Source: an uncultured virus (IMG/VR IMGVR_UViG_3300042307_001315) (lineage: Duplodnaviria > Heunggongvirae > Uroviricota > Caudoviricetes). From it: a DNA stretch of 64,000 bases. The notes under the pieces are model-generated. The model saw nothing but the letters and a program-made list of their open reading frames with translations, was not told where the DNA came from and ran no database searches. The DNA is taken from IMG/VR virus record IMGVR_UViG_3300042307_001315; one strand, written 5' to 3'. The translations under genes were made by a program, and so were the position numbers. Positions 41,901 to 51,400 of this stretch are shown here, piece by piece. Each line of letters begins with the position of its first letter. The stretch's first letter is position 1.

Positions 41901-44019
41901 CATTACTTAATATTTTATTAACCACAACATTCAACGCAGATGGATGGTCAACAACTATCTTCCACGTTAAACTACCTGAACGAGATGTACTCTTATATGT
42001 GTAGATAGGTTCCGGTCTACCAAGGAATTCACTTGAATTCCAGTTCGCTTGAGTTTGCTCAGTAAACGTTAAACCATAAGGAGCAAACCACATAACTCTA
42101 CCTCCATTAGGACCTCTCTCACATATTGCCAAATCTGAAACTGAATATCCCGGAGTACTTGAAGTTCTCCATGCCAAATTCTCCAATGAAAACATATATT
42201 TTTTGGCATATCCATTATTCATCCCACCAATAAGGTTAGTAGAATCCTGTCCACCTTCTTGTTTGTTTGGAGCAATGTTTAAGTTATAGGTATTATCAAA
42301 TACCGAATCAGAAAATCTTCTACCGGATGTCGTAATACCATCTACTTTTTGCAAATCATTGTATTGTAAGTATGGAACATCTTTTGCAAAAATACGACAA
42401 TACTCCGTTCCAACTTCTTGTCCAACAGCACCAACATATCGGTAAACCTGAGAACCTTTAGTTATTTCTTTATATCCATCGTGGAAAACTTTACTAACTT
42501 GGTCAATCGCATTACCTACGTGTTGTAATCTTCGACCTCCTTGAGGTTGACTATTAATTAATCTCTGAGTGTCATCTAAAATAGAACCCCCCTTAAAAGT
42601 CCTGTTTGTTGATTCAGTTGTGTTATATGATGAAGGTTTAAAGTCTTCATCCTCATTTGTAACAACACCACCTAAACCAACTTTTTTTCCGGCATTATCT
42701 TTATACTTTGGAGAAACCCAAGTAAAACCACCTTCAATACCACCACCATTAGAATATGTAGGTCCATTAGCACCTAATCTAATATCTTTACTTGGTCCTT
42801 CATAAAGTTGTGCTAACTCTTGAGGCCCATATACTGGTGATTGTTGTTCTTTACCAAATTGGTCAACAGGTAAATCACCTCCCGGAGAAAATATTCTTGA
42901 CGGGTCAGAATTTCTTGAACCAACATAAAAATTACTGTTATCAGATAATGTCCCGGTTAACGCACCGGCAACTCTATCAAATACACTTCTATCAAAATTT
43001 GGTTTGTATTTGTTATAATCAATGTTTTTAAACAAACGTGATTTTTGACCAGCACCTGTATTGTTATAAAAAATTTGTGACCCGGTTTGACCCGCACCTA
43101 ATAATTGATTAAAAAAGTTTCCAACAGTTGTTCCTGCAATTGCGTTTGTAACTTGTTGAATTGTTGTAGGTTGACCCGGATTAATCGCTGGGTCAAAATA
43201 AGAACCCGGAATTAAACTTATAGGTAAAATACTACCACCTAATCTAAGTGCAAAATCAGCGGCAGCTGTGATTGGATTTGATGGTACGGTTATTTGCCAG
43301 TTTGGTTCTAATATTGGAACTTGTCCTGATAAAATATTAACTAAGTCAGTACCACTTGTAACATTTAATATGTTGGCTTGTCCTATCGTCTCTAATCTTA
43401 TTCGAGCGGCAATTCTTTCTTGGAATTCATTTCTAAGTGTTTGTGCCCCTAAACGAGCAATATACGAATCCTGACTTAGATTACCATTACTACCGGTTGG
43501 GTTAGTTGATAATAAGATTGATAATGGAGAATACGATGATGCAACAATTGGTCCCGGATATGGTTGTCCGTTACCTTGTCTGTCTTGGTCAGGTCTAACT
43601 GTCTCTAAACTTGAAAATGATTCTGCCGAGTCAAACACATTTAACCCATCAGCATAAGCATTTAATGGTCTCCATAACCTTACCGCGTCATAACCCTCAT
43701 CAACAATATGAGCATCTTGTTGACCTGGTCCATATTCACCTTGATTAGAAATACTATTAGTTAATCCATTTGGGTCGGGAACTTGTTGATATCCACCTTC
43801 ATTACCATATCGATTTAAAGGATACAGTTGATTAGCTAATGATGGGACATCAATAAGTTGGTCAGGACTATCAATAACCGATAAATCTGACTGAATATGT
43901 TCATACGGAACTTGAACAGAAGGTCTACTTGGAGATTTAGCGTAAGGTACTAAATTCCTTGTTATTAATTTCTTTCTGAAACCATCCGAATTTACGTAAT
44001 CTAATGGACTATTTGACAT
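38965..44019 (-). CDS. Large tail-tube-initiator-like protein with inserted OmpA C-like domain
   Basis: 1684 aa between tape measure and LysM genes; ANWNSSEFLGRPEPIYTY...RSGSLTW and APPVLVLRIGD...QPMIANVTLGFKF flank SYNIELAKRRIASIIKFF. Confidence 0.6.
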   Translation of the reverse strand: MSNSPLDYVNSDGFRKKLITRNLVPYAKSPSRPSVQVPYEHIQSDLSVIDSPDQLIDVPSLANQLYPLNRYGNEGGYQQVPDPNGLTNSISNQGEYGPGQQDAHIVDEGYDAVRLWRPLNAYADGLNVFDSAESFSSLETVRPDQDRQGNGQPYPGPIVASSYSPLSILLSTNPTGSNGNLSQDSYIARLGAQTLRNEFQERIAARIRLETIGQANILNVTSGTDLVNILSGQVPILEPNWQITVPSNPITAAADFALRLGGSILPISLIPGSYFDPAINPGQPTTIQQVTNAIAGTTVGNFFNQLLGAGQTGSQIFYNNTGAGQKSRLFKNIDYNKYKPNFDRSVFDRVAGALTGTLSDNSNFYVGSRNSDPSRIFSPGGDLPVDQFGKEQQSPVYGPQELAQLYEGPSKDIRLGANGPTYSNGGGIEGGFTWVSPKYKDNAGKKVGLGGVVTNEDEDFKPSSYNTTESTNRTFKGGSILDDTQRLINSQPQGGRRLQHVGNAIDQVSKVFHDGYKEITKGSQVYRYVGAVGQEVGTEYCRIFAKDVPYLQYNDLQKVDGITTSGRRFSDSVFDNTYNLNIAPNKQEGGQDSTNLIGGMNNGYAKKYMFSLENLAWRTSSTPGYSVSDLAICERGPNGGRVMWFAPYGLTFTEQTQANWNSSEFLGRPEPIYTYKSTSRSGSLTWKIVVDHPSALNVVVNKILSNETNKVRVDSILESFFAGCRKYDLYELAKKYYTVNPNDLYQLQEAISSKETTKEQTEYIKKTIQTGVNSPTGADVNVAQEGGGGNTNVDFKKYEQLGFYFGNDYPKKDKPIPNYTEEFTRYTSSGNRQYYNTRPNAQETNVFFDSVVIPNYNLAKEFVNDLAKQLTQYKDSEGNITVTIDASCSAPATQSYNIELAKRRIASIIKFFEESDSLKPFLSKQKLLLKATTVYGENAQVLQFDTATKAYKIGKNVNCSDNDTNAVGGDTAQVGPNDITTTNAMACRRGYVKTILPTIKQPTTTPPAQYTTIVEENKVLKTVTEEVVSQEWKPRDNITKRVLRALLSECDYFETIKAETPMVYDNLRDKLKFFQPAFHSTTPEGLNSRLTFLQQCMRPGDTIPTIKDIAGKQQLQYNNATNTSFGAPPVLVLRIGDFYNTKIIPESLSLAYESLDINPEGIGIQPMIANVTLGFKFVGGSGLKESIDKLQNALTFNYYANTEIWDDRADATAQEDFLKVLDKEFLAMASPPQAPAINQAAVENGQNNNSTIGVTLTNVISGNTETGTLSYSDFMVKFVNETQTYFQTVVNKTKESVNQYNNAVRQQWMLERSYTQGNFGVDPKASVLFGKPSNVEKRFDAIFGELESNIQSGDEGFITFMSSTVCNFSPKVIRQLKENYKNFVKNKRASFQNAITKITQDITTTEQTYIQTIGRANIINFNATSYPSGTDGYQAKSGPVKVYVTSGTSEVHTSSTGASNTLVELDNDIRKIYDSIQEFNLLIWSETEFINPSDKLAYKGTLVFETDTKGKSLDSSITVENVFKPFSKNAKFENNIFRRVYMIVSDDVVDVKKYETFKTAMIGNIINNSGLLSGGFDDVEAKFDNYWVTQTRPLFVDENNTTKAFIDDVEKNKLKNYLKFTPFDKKTRVFTYTTDTDGSDNKIKSQKTMISSLADTTNRNTDNNKWNSDDGVSTGAYISKVKLN

Positions 44020-44046
44020 CTATAATTTTTATTTATAAATAGATTA

Positions 44047-45879
44047 TTAATAAGTTTTTGAAACAGGTTCTTTTGATTCACTAGGTATTAACCTAACAAT
44101 ATAATCCTTAAATCTTGAATCATTAAATGTAGTATCTAAAATTTGTTTTAGTTGTTCTGATGAAAGTCCCGCAGGAACTTTAACATCAACCTCAATTTTT
44201 CCTCCAACATCAACAGTTCCTTTAGTTGTTTGAGTTGTTGTGTTGCTTTGCGTATTTTGTAATGTTTCTATTTTATTTCCTGACGACGCGTTTAATGGAG
44301 ATGCGGAACTTGGTGATTTAACACCAGAAATCTCATTAATTTTTTGAAACCCACTTTTAAGTGTACTCTCACCAACTGTCCTATTTGTTAGTTTTGTTGC
44401 AATATTTTCACCAACCTCTTTTAGTGTCTCAGTAAATCTTTTTTGAGATGCGTCTAAAGTAGTTCCAAGTCCATTTAATCCATTTGATAATACATCGGTA
44501 AGAGGTTTATTACCCTCTTTTAAGTCTGTTGCAACCTTACCTAAAGTATCTAATATACCTTCACTTAAATCCCTATAATCTTTTGTTTTTCCAAATTTAT
44601 CAGAAGTTTCCCCAAGAATTGTTTTACTCGCTCTTTGAGCACCTGCAAGACCTTGTCTTACTTGTTTTGGACTAGTAACTCCTTGTTCAAAAGCAACTCT
44701 CATCGCTTTAATATCTGCCAACATTGCTTGGTCAATAGTAAGTTGTGACCTAGCAATCTCTTCTAATGTTTTAGGACCTTCTTTTTGTTCTTTAATCAAT
44801 TTATCCATTTCGGTTTGAGTAACCTCACTTAACTTTTTAGTATACTCATTACCCTTGTCATCTGTAAGTTTAACTTCATAATCACCACCTTCACCCATTT
44901 TGGCAATATTGGCAAGATATTGTTTATCTTCCTCTTTGATATTCAAACCAGCCATATTAACCGCCGAAAGTCTTTGGTCTAACTCCGCAGCCGCAAGTCC
45001 CATTTTTGACATTTCTTTCGCACTAACCCCTGTTTGTTTTTCCATTTCTTTTAATGTTAAAACTCCTTGAGGATTAATCTTGAATGTTTTTGTCTTTTCG
45101 TCAAAATAAGTATATTGTTTTGCAACATCCGCTAAACTATCTTGTAATCCTGATGGGTCATTAATAGACATATTCATTAATTGGAATGGGTCTGCTAAAT
45201 TACCCGCGGACACACCTAATCTTTGAAAAGCAGATGCAACTTCAATTGCGTTCTCAGGGTCAAGTACTTTTTCTGCTAACGCAAATGTTTGACCCATATC
45301 AAATCTCAACATAGACGCTTGAGCCGCCATTTTAGTTAACCCCTGAACACCACCAGCAAATTGGTATCGATTCATTTGGTCCATATTCTTAGTAACATCT
45401 GCCATTACCGCTTTGGTATTACCACCAATACTACGAACATAGTTAACAGAATCTTCTAATTGTTTTCCAACTTGTTCAATCCCAACACCAACATCTAAAA
45501 AGGCGTTACTTAAACTCTCAGCACTACCCCCAACAACTTGGGTTGCTGCATAAAGTTTTTCTACATCTTCAGTGTTTGCAATAACATTACGTCTTGATGC
45601 ATCTGCAATACCAATCATTGTAGATTGAACATCTTTCATGTCTCCCCCTAAACGAGCAATTCTTGGAGCGGCGTCTGAAATTGACTTATACATTTCAGAA
45701 AGTCTCTCTTGTCCTTGTCCAAAGGTTTTATTAAGTTCGACTTGAGCATTATAAGTTTCCTCAATTGTCTTACCTAATGTTTGCCATGTTACTGTCGCCT
45801 CTTTTCCAAGTTTTTGAGCGAACGTTAACGATTCCTCAGTTCCTTCTTTTAATTTGTCTTTTTCGTCTCCTGCTGCCAT
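44047..45879 (-). CDS. Tape measure protein (probable)
   Basis: 610-aa helical A/Q/K/G-rich protein directly downstream of tube and chaperone genes. Confidence 0.7.
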   Translation of the reverse strand: MAAGDEKDKLKEGTEESLTFAQKLGKEATVTWQTLGKTIEETYNAQVELNKTFGQGQERLSEMYKSISDAAPRIARLGGDMKDVQSTMIGIADASRRNVIANTEDVEKLYAATQVVGGSAESLSNAFLDVGVGIEQVGKQLEDSVNYVRSIGGNTKAVMADVTKNMDQMNRYQFAGGVQGLTKMAAQASMLRFDMGQTFALAEKVLDPENAIEVASAFQRLGVSAGNLADPFQLMNMSINDPSGLQDSLADVAKQYTYFDEKTKTFKINPQGVLTLKEMEKQTGVSAKEMSKMGLAAAELDQRLSAVNMAGLNIKEEDKQYLANIAKMGEGGDYEVKLTDDKGNEYTKKLSEVTQTEMDKLIKEQKEGPKTLEEIARSQLTIDQAMLADIKAMRVAFEQGVTSPKQVRQGLAGAQRASKTILGETSDKFGKTKDYRDLSEGILDTLGKVATDLKEGNKPLTDVLSNGLNGLGTTLDASQKRFTETLKEVGENIATKLTNRTVGESTLKSGFQKINEISGVKSPSSASPLNASSGNKIETLQNTQSNTTTQTTKGTVDVGGKIEVDVKVPAGLSSEQLKQILDTTFNDSRFKDYIVRLIPSESKEPVSKTY

Positions 45880-45907
45880 AATTTGAATGGTGTTTTAATA
45901 TAAATAC

Positions 45908-45932
45908 AAAAGGACTGAGTTTTCAGTCCTTT
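45908..45932 (-). terminator. Intrinsic terminator overlapping the stop of the +1-frame chaperone extension
   Basis: Minus strand reads AAAGGACTGA-AAAC-TCAGTCCTTT followed by TGTATTT. Confidence 0.75.
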
Positions 45933-46078
45933 GAGTTATCTTCAATCCACTTATCTAATAAATATTTTCTAACAAATAGAGGCATTGCTTGAAAATCTTG
46001 ATAAGTTATGTTCATTAATTTGTTCAAATAGTAGAATTCATCTATCTGTCCTTTTCTATAATCAGAAGAAAGGACGAA
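45923..46078 (-). CDS. +1-frame extension of the tail assembly chaperone (gp51 / gpT-like, 50 aa); not in ORF track
   Basis: Open frame (F)VLSSDYRKGQIDEFYYLNKLMNITYQDFQAMPLFVRKYLLDKWIEDNSKD* beginning at TTT TTT CGT C; it fills the gap before the tape measure gene. Confidence 0.75.
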   Translation of the reverse strand, partial: FVLSSDYRKGQIDEFYYLNKLMNITYQDFQAMPLFVRKYLLDKWIEDNSKD

Positions 46079-46805
46079 AAAAGTCAACCCCAAATCCGAC
46101 ATTAACTGTCATCTTTTCTCCTGATGGGGTAATTACAACTCTACTTAAATCTAATCTTGGTTCATTATCATTCATAAATTTTCTTATGAATTTTGAATCC
46201 AAAATTGGCATTTGTTCGACAAATTTGGCTATTTCTGCTTTATCAGTAGTTCCATTTACTTCTATAATCTCTTTTTGTAATCTCCAAGTAACTTTTGGAA
46301 CTACTCTTCCTTTAGGATATGATTCTTCCAACTTACTTATTTCTAAAACTTCACCATAAGTTAATGGTCTTAATTTAACGGTTGCCTGTGATTTAGGTAG
46401 TTGTATAATAAAACTACCATCTTCATTAGGTATTTGACCATTAATAACATTTAATTCATCTAAAGGAACTGTTGCCTGAAATGATTTTCTTGTTGAAGGG
46501 TCGATTAAATTCAAATTAATCTCCGGTCCAAAACCAGTATTTCTTAAAAAGATTAAAACTGCCTCCACATCACCTTCTAACATATCCTCAACTTTTAAGT
46601 CCGGTTCATAGATTTTACTTCTTAATAGTGTTGTGGTCATATCATTTCCACCCCCCATTAAAATGTTTTCATCATTAGCCGTTAGATATCCTACCTTGAT
46701 AGATTTCTTTTTGTTTTTATAAAATATTCCTCCCGACGGTAGTGGTACTACATCGTGTGGTAACGTAAAATTTTGTTGTCCGTATTCGATTGCTTGATTT
46801 TCCAT
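46062..46805 (-). CDS. Tail/baseplate hub assembly chaperone (T4 gp26-like)
   Basis: VVPLPSGG.FY, YLTANDENIL, second LPKS..VKLRPLTYGE repeat, ends VDFFRP; lies between tube and tape measure genes. Confidence 0.8.
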   Translation of the reverse strand: MENQAIEYGQQNFTLPHDVVPLPSGGIFYKNKKKSIKVGYLTANDENILMGGGNDMTTTLLRSKIYEPDLKVEDMLEGDVEAVLIFLRNTGFGPEINLNLIDPSTRKSFQATVPLDELNVINGQIPNEDGSFIIQLPKSQATVKLRPLTYGEVLEISKLEESYPKGRVVPKVTWRLQKEIIEVNGTTDKAEIAKFVEQMPILDSKFIRKFMNDNEPRLDLSRVVITPSGEKMTVNVGFGVDFFRPFF

Positions 46806-46807
46806 AT

Positions 46808-46843
46808 AAAAAAATAACCGTAAAGTTTATGTCTTTACGGTTA
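46808..46843 (-). terminator. Intrinsic terminator after the tail tube gene
   Basis: Minus strand reads TAACCGTAAAG-ACATAAA-CTTTACGGTTA followed by T7. Confidence 0.8.
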
Positions 46844-46871
46844 AATATAATTAGTATTGATTTTTTATCAA
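46842..46871 (-). promoter_or_regulatory. Host-type promoter for the chaperone gene
   Basis: TTG-N19-TATATTTA, the same architecture as the promoters at 29929, 54817 and 62868. Confidence 0.55.
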
Positions 46872-46899
46872 CACATATGTTTTTATTAATATTAAAAAA

Positions 46900-47388
46900 T
46901 TAATAAACTAATACACAACGGTCCATTCTTAATGACACACTAATATCAGCAAGACCATCAGTACTGTACCCTAACGAACCAAAGTCAACACTAGTTAAGA
47001 ATGTACCATACAGAATCCATTTTTCAACCACAACTCCTGTTGGGTCTAACATCTCAAGGTCAATATCTTTCTTGTAACCCGCAGCATAACCCATACGACC
47101 TGTAACAGATTCAGCATGTAAACGAACCCATTCCATAAGTGCTTGTGCCGCAGACGGTCCAATTGGGTCTCTAAATTTAACAGGTATTTCATCCCAGTTA
47201 AATCTTCCCGCAACATAGGTTGATGTATTTAAAAATTGTATTTCAGTTGAAGCAATTTTAATTTTAGGTCTTGCAGTACTTTCTACAAACCATTCGTTAA
47301 TCCCTAAGCTTGATGGAAACCTTAGTATGAATCGATTCTGTCTTTTCGGTTCGTAAGGAATCGGCATTTTCATCAATAAATCAGCCAT
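46900..47388 (-). CDS. Tail tube protein (T4 gp19-like)
   Basis: YEPKRQNRF, GRFNWDEIPVKFRD, YKKDIDLEMLDPTG..VEKWILYG. Confidence 0.9.
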   Translation of the reverse strand: MADLLMKMPIPYEPKRQNRFILRFPSSLGINEWFVESTARPKIKIASTEIQFLNTSTYVAGRFNWDEIPVKFRDPIGPSAAQALMEWVRLHAESVTGRMGYAAGYKKDIDLEMLDPTGVVVEKWILYGTFLTSVDFGSLGYSTDGLADISVSLRMDRCVLVY

Positions 47389-47452
47389 ATTATTTTAAAT
47401 TAGTTTTTCTTTGTTTATTATCATAAATATATCCAAATGGAAAATATTTTTA

Positions 47453-47566
47453 TTGACTTTCTGAATTTAATTTATTATCATTATAATCCAGTCTAGTTTA
47501 TTTAATTCTAGTTAATTTAACTAGTTTTTTATTTAATTATTTAATACTAGTTCTTTATTACTAGTT
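47453..47566. repeat. AT-rich array of five CTAGTT motifs downstream of a plus-strand promoter-like element (candidate origin)
   Basis: CTAGTT at 47493, 47508, 47521, 47547 and 47561; TTGACT-N17-TATCAT at 47453-47481. Confidence 0.6.
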
Positions 47567-48395
47567 AATATTCTTTTTTTATTCCTCCTGCAGTTGAATA
47601 AGTTTTTACAATATTGTCTTCTTTGTCTTTGAAGTGTTTTTTCATAACTTCCACATTTCGAACATCATCATCCGAGAATCCAATAGTTGGTTTCGATGGT
47701 ACAAAATTATTACTCACTTCTTTTTTAAGGAACGCCTTTTTGTCTAATTTTGAAGAGATATCTTTAATATGGTCCACGAATTTATCCATTGCACGAACTT
47801 TAGCTTCTTCAGGATTTGCAGCACCTTCAGGGTCGTTATAAGAAACAGGATGAAATCTACACATATCTAAATATGATTTAATTAATTCATCATCACTCAT
47901 CTCATCATCTCCCGAAATACTTCTATATTTTTTTAAGTTTTTAATTAACTCATCTTTATCAATACCATTAAATCCTTCTATTATGTAATTGTAAACGGCT
48001 TGTTTTAAGGTATTAGGATTATGTCCTCGAGCGGTTATTATAGAAAAGATAGAACCTCCGTTAATCGCCTCTCTAAAGTCGTCAAACGCTGGTCCGAGCT
48101 TAGCTCTCATAGAGTCAATCAAAAAGTTTTTATCTCCCGGTGTTTGAAAGTTTTTAAAAGGTTCTTCACCATATCCTACAACAGTCTCACCATCATATTC
48201 AAAAGGTTCTTTTCCTAATTGATGTCTGTATTCGGCAAAATCATCAGTACTCATACCAATTTCATCACCGGATTCAGTTTTAACCATAATTTTGGTTGGC
48301 ATATGAACTATGTTATCATCCCAATCGAATGCATAATATTTCATATCAGGTGTACCCTGCTCGTCAATTCCTTCTTTTAATGTATTTCTTTTCAT
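47565..48395 (-). CDS. HAD-superfamily hydrolase-like protein
   Basis: YYAFDWDDNI (motif I), ITARG (motif II), EAK (motif III), GFSDDD (motif IV). Confidence 0.65.
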   Translation of the reverse strand: MKRNTLKEGIDEQGTPDMKYYAFDWDDNIVHMPTKIMVKTESGDEIGMSTDDFAEYRHQLGKEPFEYDGETVVGYGEEPFKNFQTPGDKNFLIDSMRAKLGPAFDDFREAINGGSIFSIITARGHNPNTLKQAVYNYIIEGFNGIDKDELIKNLKKYRSISGDDEMSDDELIKSYLDMCRFHPVSYNDPEGAANPEEAKVRAMDKFVDHIKDISSKLDKKAFLKKEVSNNFVPSKPTIGFSDDDVRNVEVMKKHFKDKEDNIVKTYSTAGGIKKEY

Positions 48396-48403
48396 AATTG
48401 GCT

Positions 48404-48428
48404 AAAAAGTGGGGACGAATCCCCACTT
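48404..48428 (-). terminator. Intrinsic terminator with UUCG loop after the sheath gene
   Basis: Minus strand reads AAGTGGGGA-TTCG-TCCCCACTT followed by TTT. Confidence 0.85.
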
Positions 48429-48438
48429 ATGGTTTTTA

Positions 48439-51400
48439 TTAAATATTCTCGAACGATGCTCCTGTTGGAGTAATGAAGAATTCAATATCGATGAACTCTA
48501 ACGCTTTCGTCGGTTTCAAGTAAATTTTACCTGTTAAAGTATTTCTATCTAAATCCTCAGGTGAAGATGAAACTGTTACACGGAAATCGTATAAACCTCG
48601 GTCTCTTCTAATTGAGTCTAAGATTGGGTTAACACTATCTAAGAATTGTTGTCTAACGATTTGGTCGTTTTGTTCGAACAATAATCTTACTGCCACCGCT
48701 GATATCAATTTACGAGCTTGAAGTAATAATCTTCTTACATTCAATCTGTTAAGTGCTGTGTCAGCAATTTGTAATGTTTTATTACCCCAAATAACCGTAC
48801 CAACATCTGAGAAAGTTGCGATAGGGTTAATTCTACCTTGGTAAAGTGTGTCTCTATCTTCTTGAGTCAACTTAACTCTCGCTTTAACAGAATTTACAAG
48901 ACCTCTTGTGTAACCCGCTGATGCGAACCACGGGAATGCAATGTTATCGGTTAATGCTAAGTTTCTACAAACTTCACCTGTAGCAGGTAAATAAATTTGT
49001 GTATTGTTAACAGTATCTCTTGTTAAAATCCAAGGATAGTAAGTTGCAGTATAGTTAGAGTCAATTCCAGTATTGTCCAAGTTGTCAACAGCTTCTTGAG
49101 GATAAATTATATCTTGAGGGTTTGTTGCATCCGGAGTATACATATTATAATCAGGTGTTGTTGCAATATAAACCGAGTCAGCTCTTTGGTATTGAATCAT
49201 ATCAATCGCCTCTTCAACTAAGTTAGAGTTATTGATGTAATCAATACTTGAAGTTGCAAACACGTTAATGTTTGTTGCCTCAGGATTTCTAAACGTTAAG
49301 ATACCAAGTAAGTATGCGTAGTAGTCAGTGTTAGCAAAATCTTGAGTATTGTTAGCAACTGTGATTCTCTTAAATAAACCACTACCTGTAGCGTTAGGGT
49401 ATCTTGTAGAAGACGATGCTCCCGCCAAGAATCCTGATTGACCTAATTGGAATCTATCTTGATTTGTTCTAAACTCTCTATAGATGTCCCAACCATCAAA
49501 TCCACCCGCAAAACATAAAGTATATTTTCTTGAGTAAATAAAGTAGTAAGGATTTTCTTGAGTTTCAGGGTCCTCTCTAAATTCAGCAGTACCACATTCA
49601 AATGCTGTTTGACCACTAGTCAATGAACTATTTGAAATTGTAACTACTGTAGCACCTGAGTCCATGTGGAAACCTTTACTCACATAATTCCAAGCAGCTC
49701 CTTCAATTGGTTGAGGTGCAATAACCCAAGATTGTGGGTTTTGTCTACCTTTATAAGTTAAGAACGATTCGTCAATACCATATTGTGTTGAGAAACCTAA
49801 ATAAGTTCTTCTAACAATGTCACCCGGAGATTCAACTAAATTTGAACCACCTGTTGCAGCCCCAAACGGTGGGTTTGCAATAGTTTCACCAGGGAAGAAA
49901 TATTTTGTTTTGAATTTTGGAACCGGAGATGGGTTTAAGACATTATCATATTCTCTTTGAGTGTATCCTTCAAATCCACAAGGAATTGCATCGATTGGTG
50001 CCTCATCGGCCATTTCAACCATTACATATTTTGAAAGTAATGCATATTCACCATTGGTTGTACCAATTTTCTTAGCAACAAAGTTGTTAGAGAATGGGTC
50101 CATATTACAGTTAGTGAATTTCTCAATAACAACCGGGTTAGAATCCGTGTCGAAGAAATTTCTCACCAACACATCAAATGTCATATTATTGAATGATAAG
50201 TTAGCGATTGATACTTTAACCTCTAAATTTGCCGCGTCCCCATCAGAGATTGAAACAAATTTAAATAATTTATAAACTTTATTACCTCTTAATTCAGAAA
50301 CTAAGAATGGTGTAACCGGTGATTGATATTGACCAACACTGTATGCAATTGATGAAGGATTTTCACTTCTAGCACCTGGTAATGCAACCAATTCAGGATT
50401 AATACCTCTAATATAACCTTGGTTATAAGCGTAAGCCAATGACCCCGGATAAATTTCTTCAACAAACAAAGGAACTTCATTTCTTGCTTTTCCAAAATTA
50501 TCAATACCTAATACTTTAGTTATGAATTTTGAAGATGCTGCCGATAAGTTAGTTTCGAATGTGAAATTATCACCATCTTTAGTAACACCTGATAATCCAA
50601 ATGACGCATAAGGGTTTTTATCTATACTTGAATATTGGTCAGTGTTTAACAATAACACATTATTCTCGTCGTTTACCTCATAAACCGGTCCGTGATTATC
50701 ACTAGTTGAACTATTAACATATAATGATAGACCTCTTGAACGAAGTGTTGCTACAACCATGTTGTTATATTCAGTATATGCGGTACCAATAAAAGTATAA
50801 TACTCACCTGAGATTGTTCCCGAAAAACTATCACTTACTCCTGTAACAATTGAATCAAACACATAATCAAATGAATAACCTGTGTAGGCGTTTCCTGTAT
50901 AGTTATTAAAGTTTGCATAGAACCAAGAATCATTTTCACCTGCAGATAAATCATTATCCGCTAAATCAACACTATCAACACCATATGCATTTACCACCGC
51001 ACCATATTGGTCAATTAAATTCCAATAATCAAGTTCCGGAACAGGTCCGTAAGCAACTGCGGTAGTTGCAGATAATGATGGGTCTCCAACAATACTTAAT
51101 ATTGTGTTTGTAATATCATTATCATATGTAGAAGTACTACCATCTGATAATCTATATTGTGTGTTAAAGTTTGCTTGAACCGCTGCCGGGAATGAACCAC
51201 TAATAAAATTAACAGTACCCGCACTTGTTGAACCTGTAAAAGATACAGACCAAGAAGTTGCTCCGGTTGGGTTTTGGATTACTGTTGTAGGGTCTACGTT
51301 AGCAGTAACTCTAATACTCCAAGATGGACCTGCATCATATCCCGATAAACCTAAGATTCTTGTAACAAACAATTGATTCGATTGTTGCAAGTAAGATTTA

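Noticed and set aside
45985..46359. 124-aa plus-strand ORF over the chaperone end
   Set aside because: It is antisense to a clear gene, starts with TTG and has no recognisable motif; the minus-strand +1 frame explains the region better.
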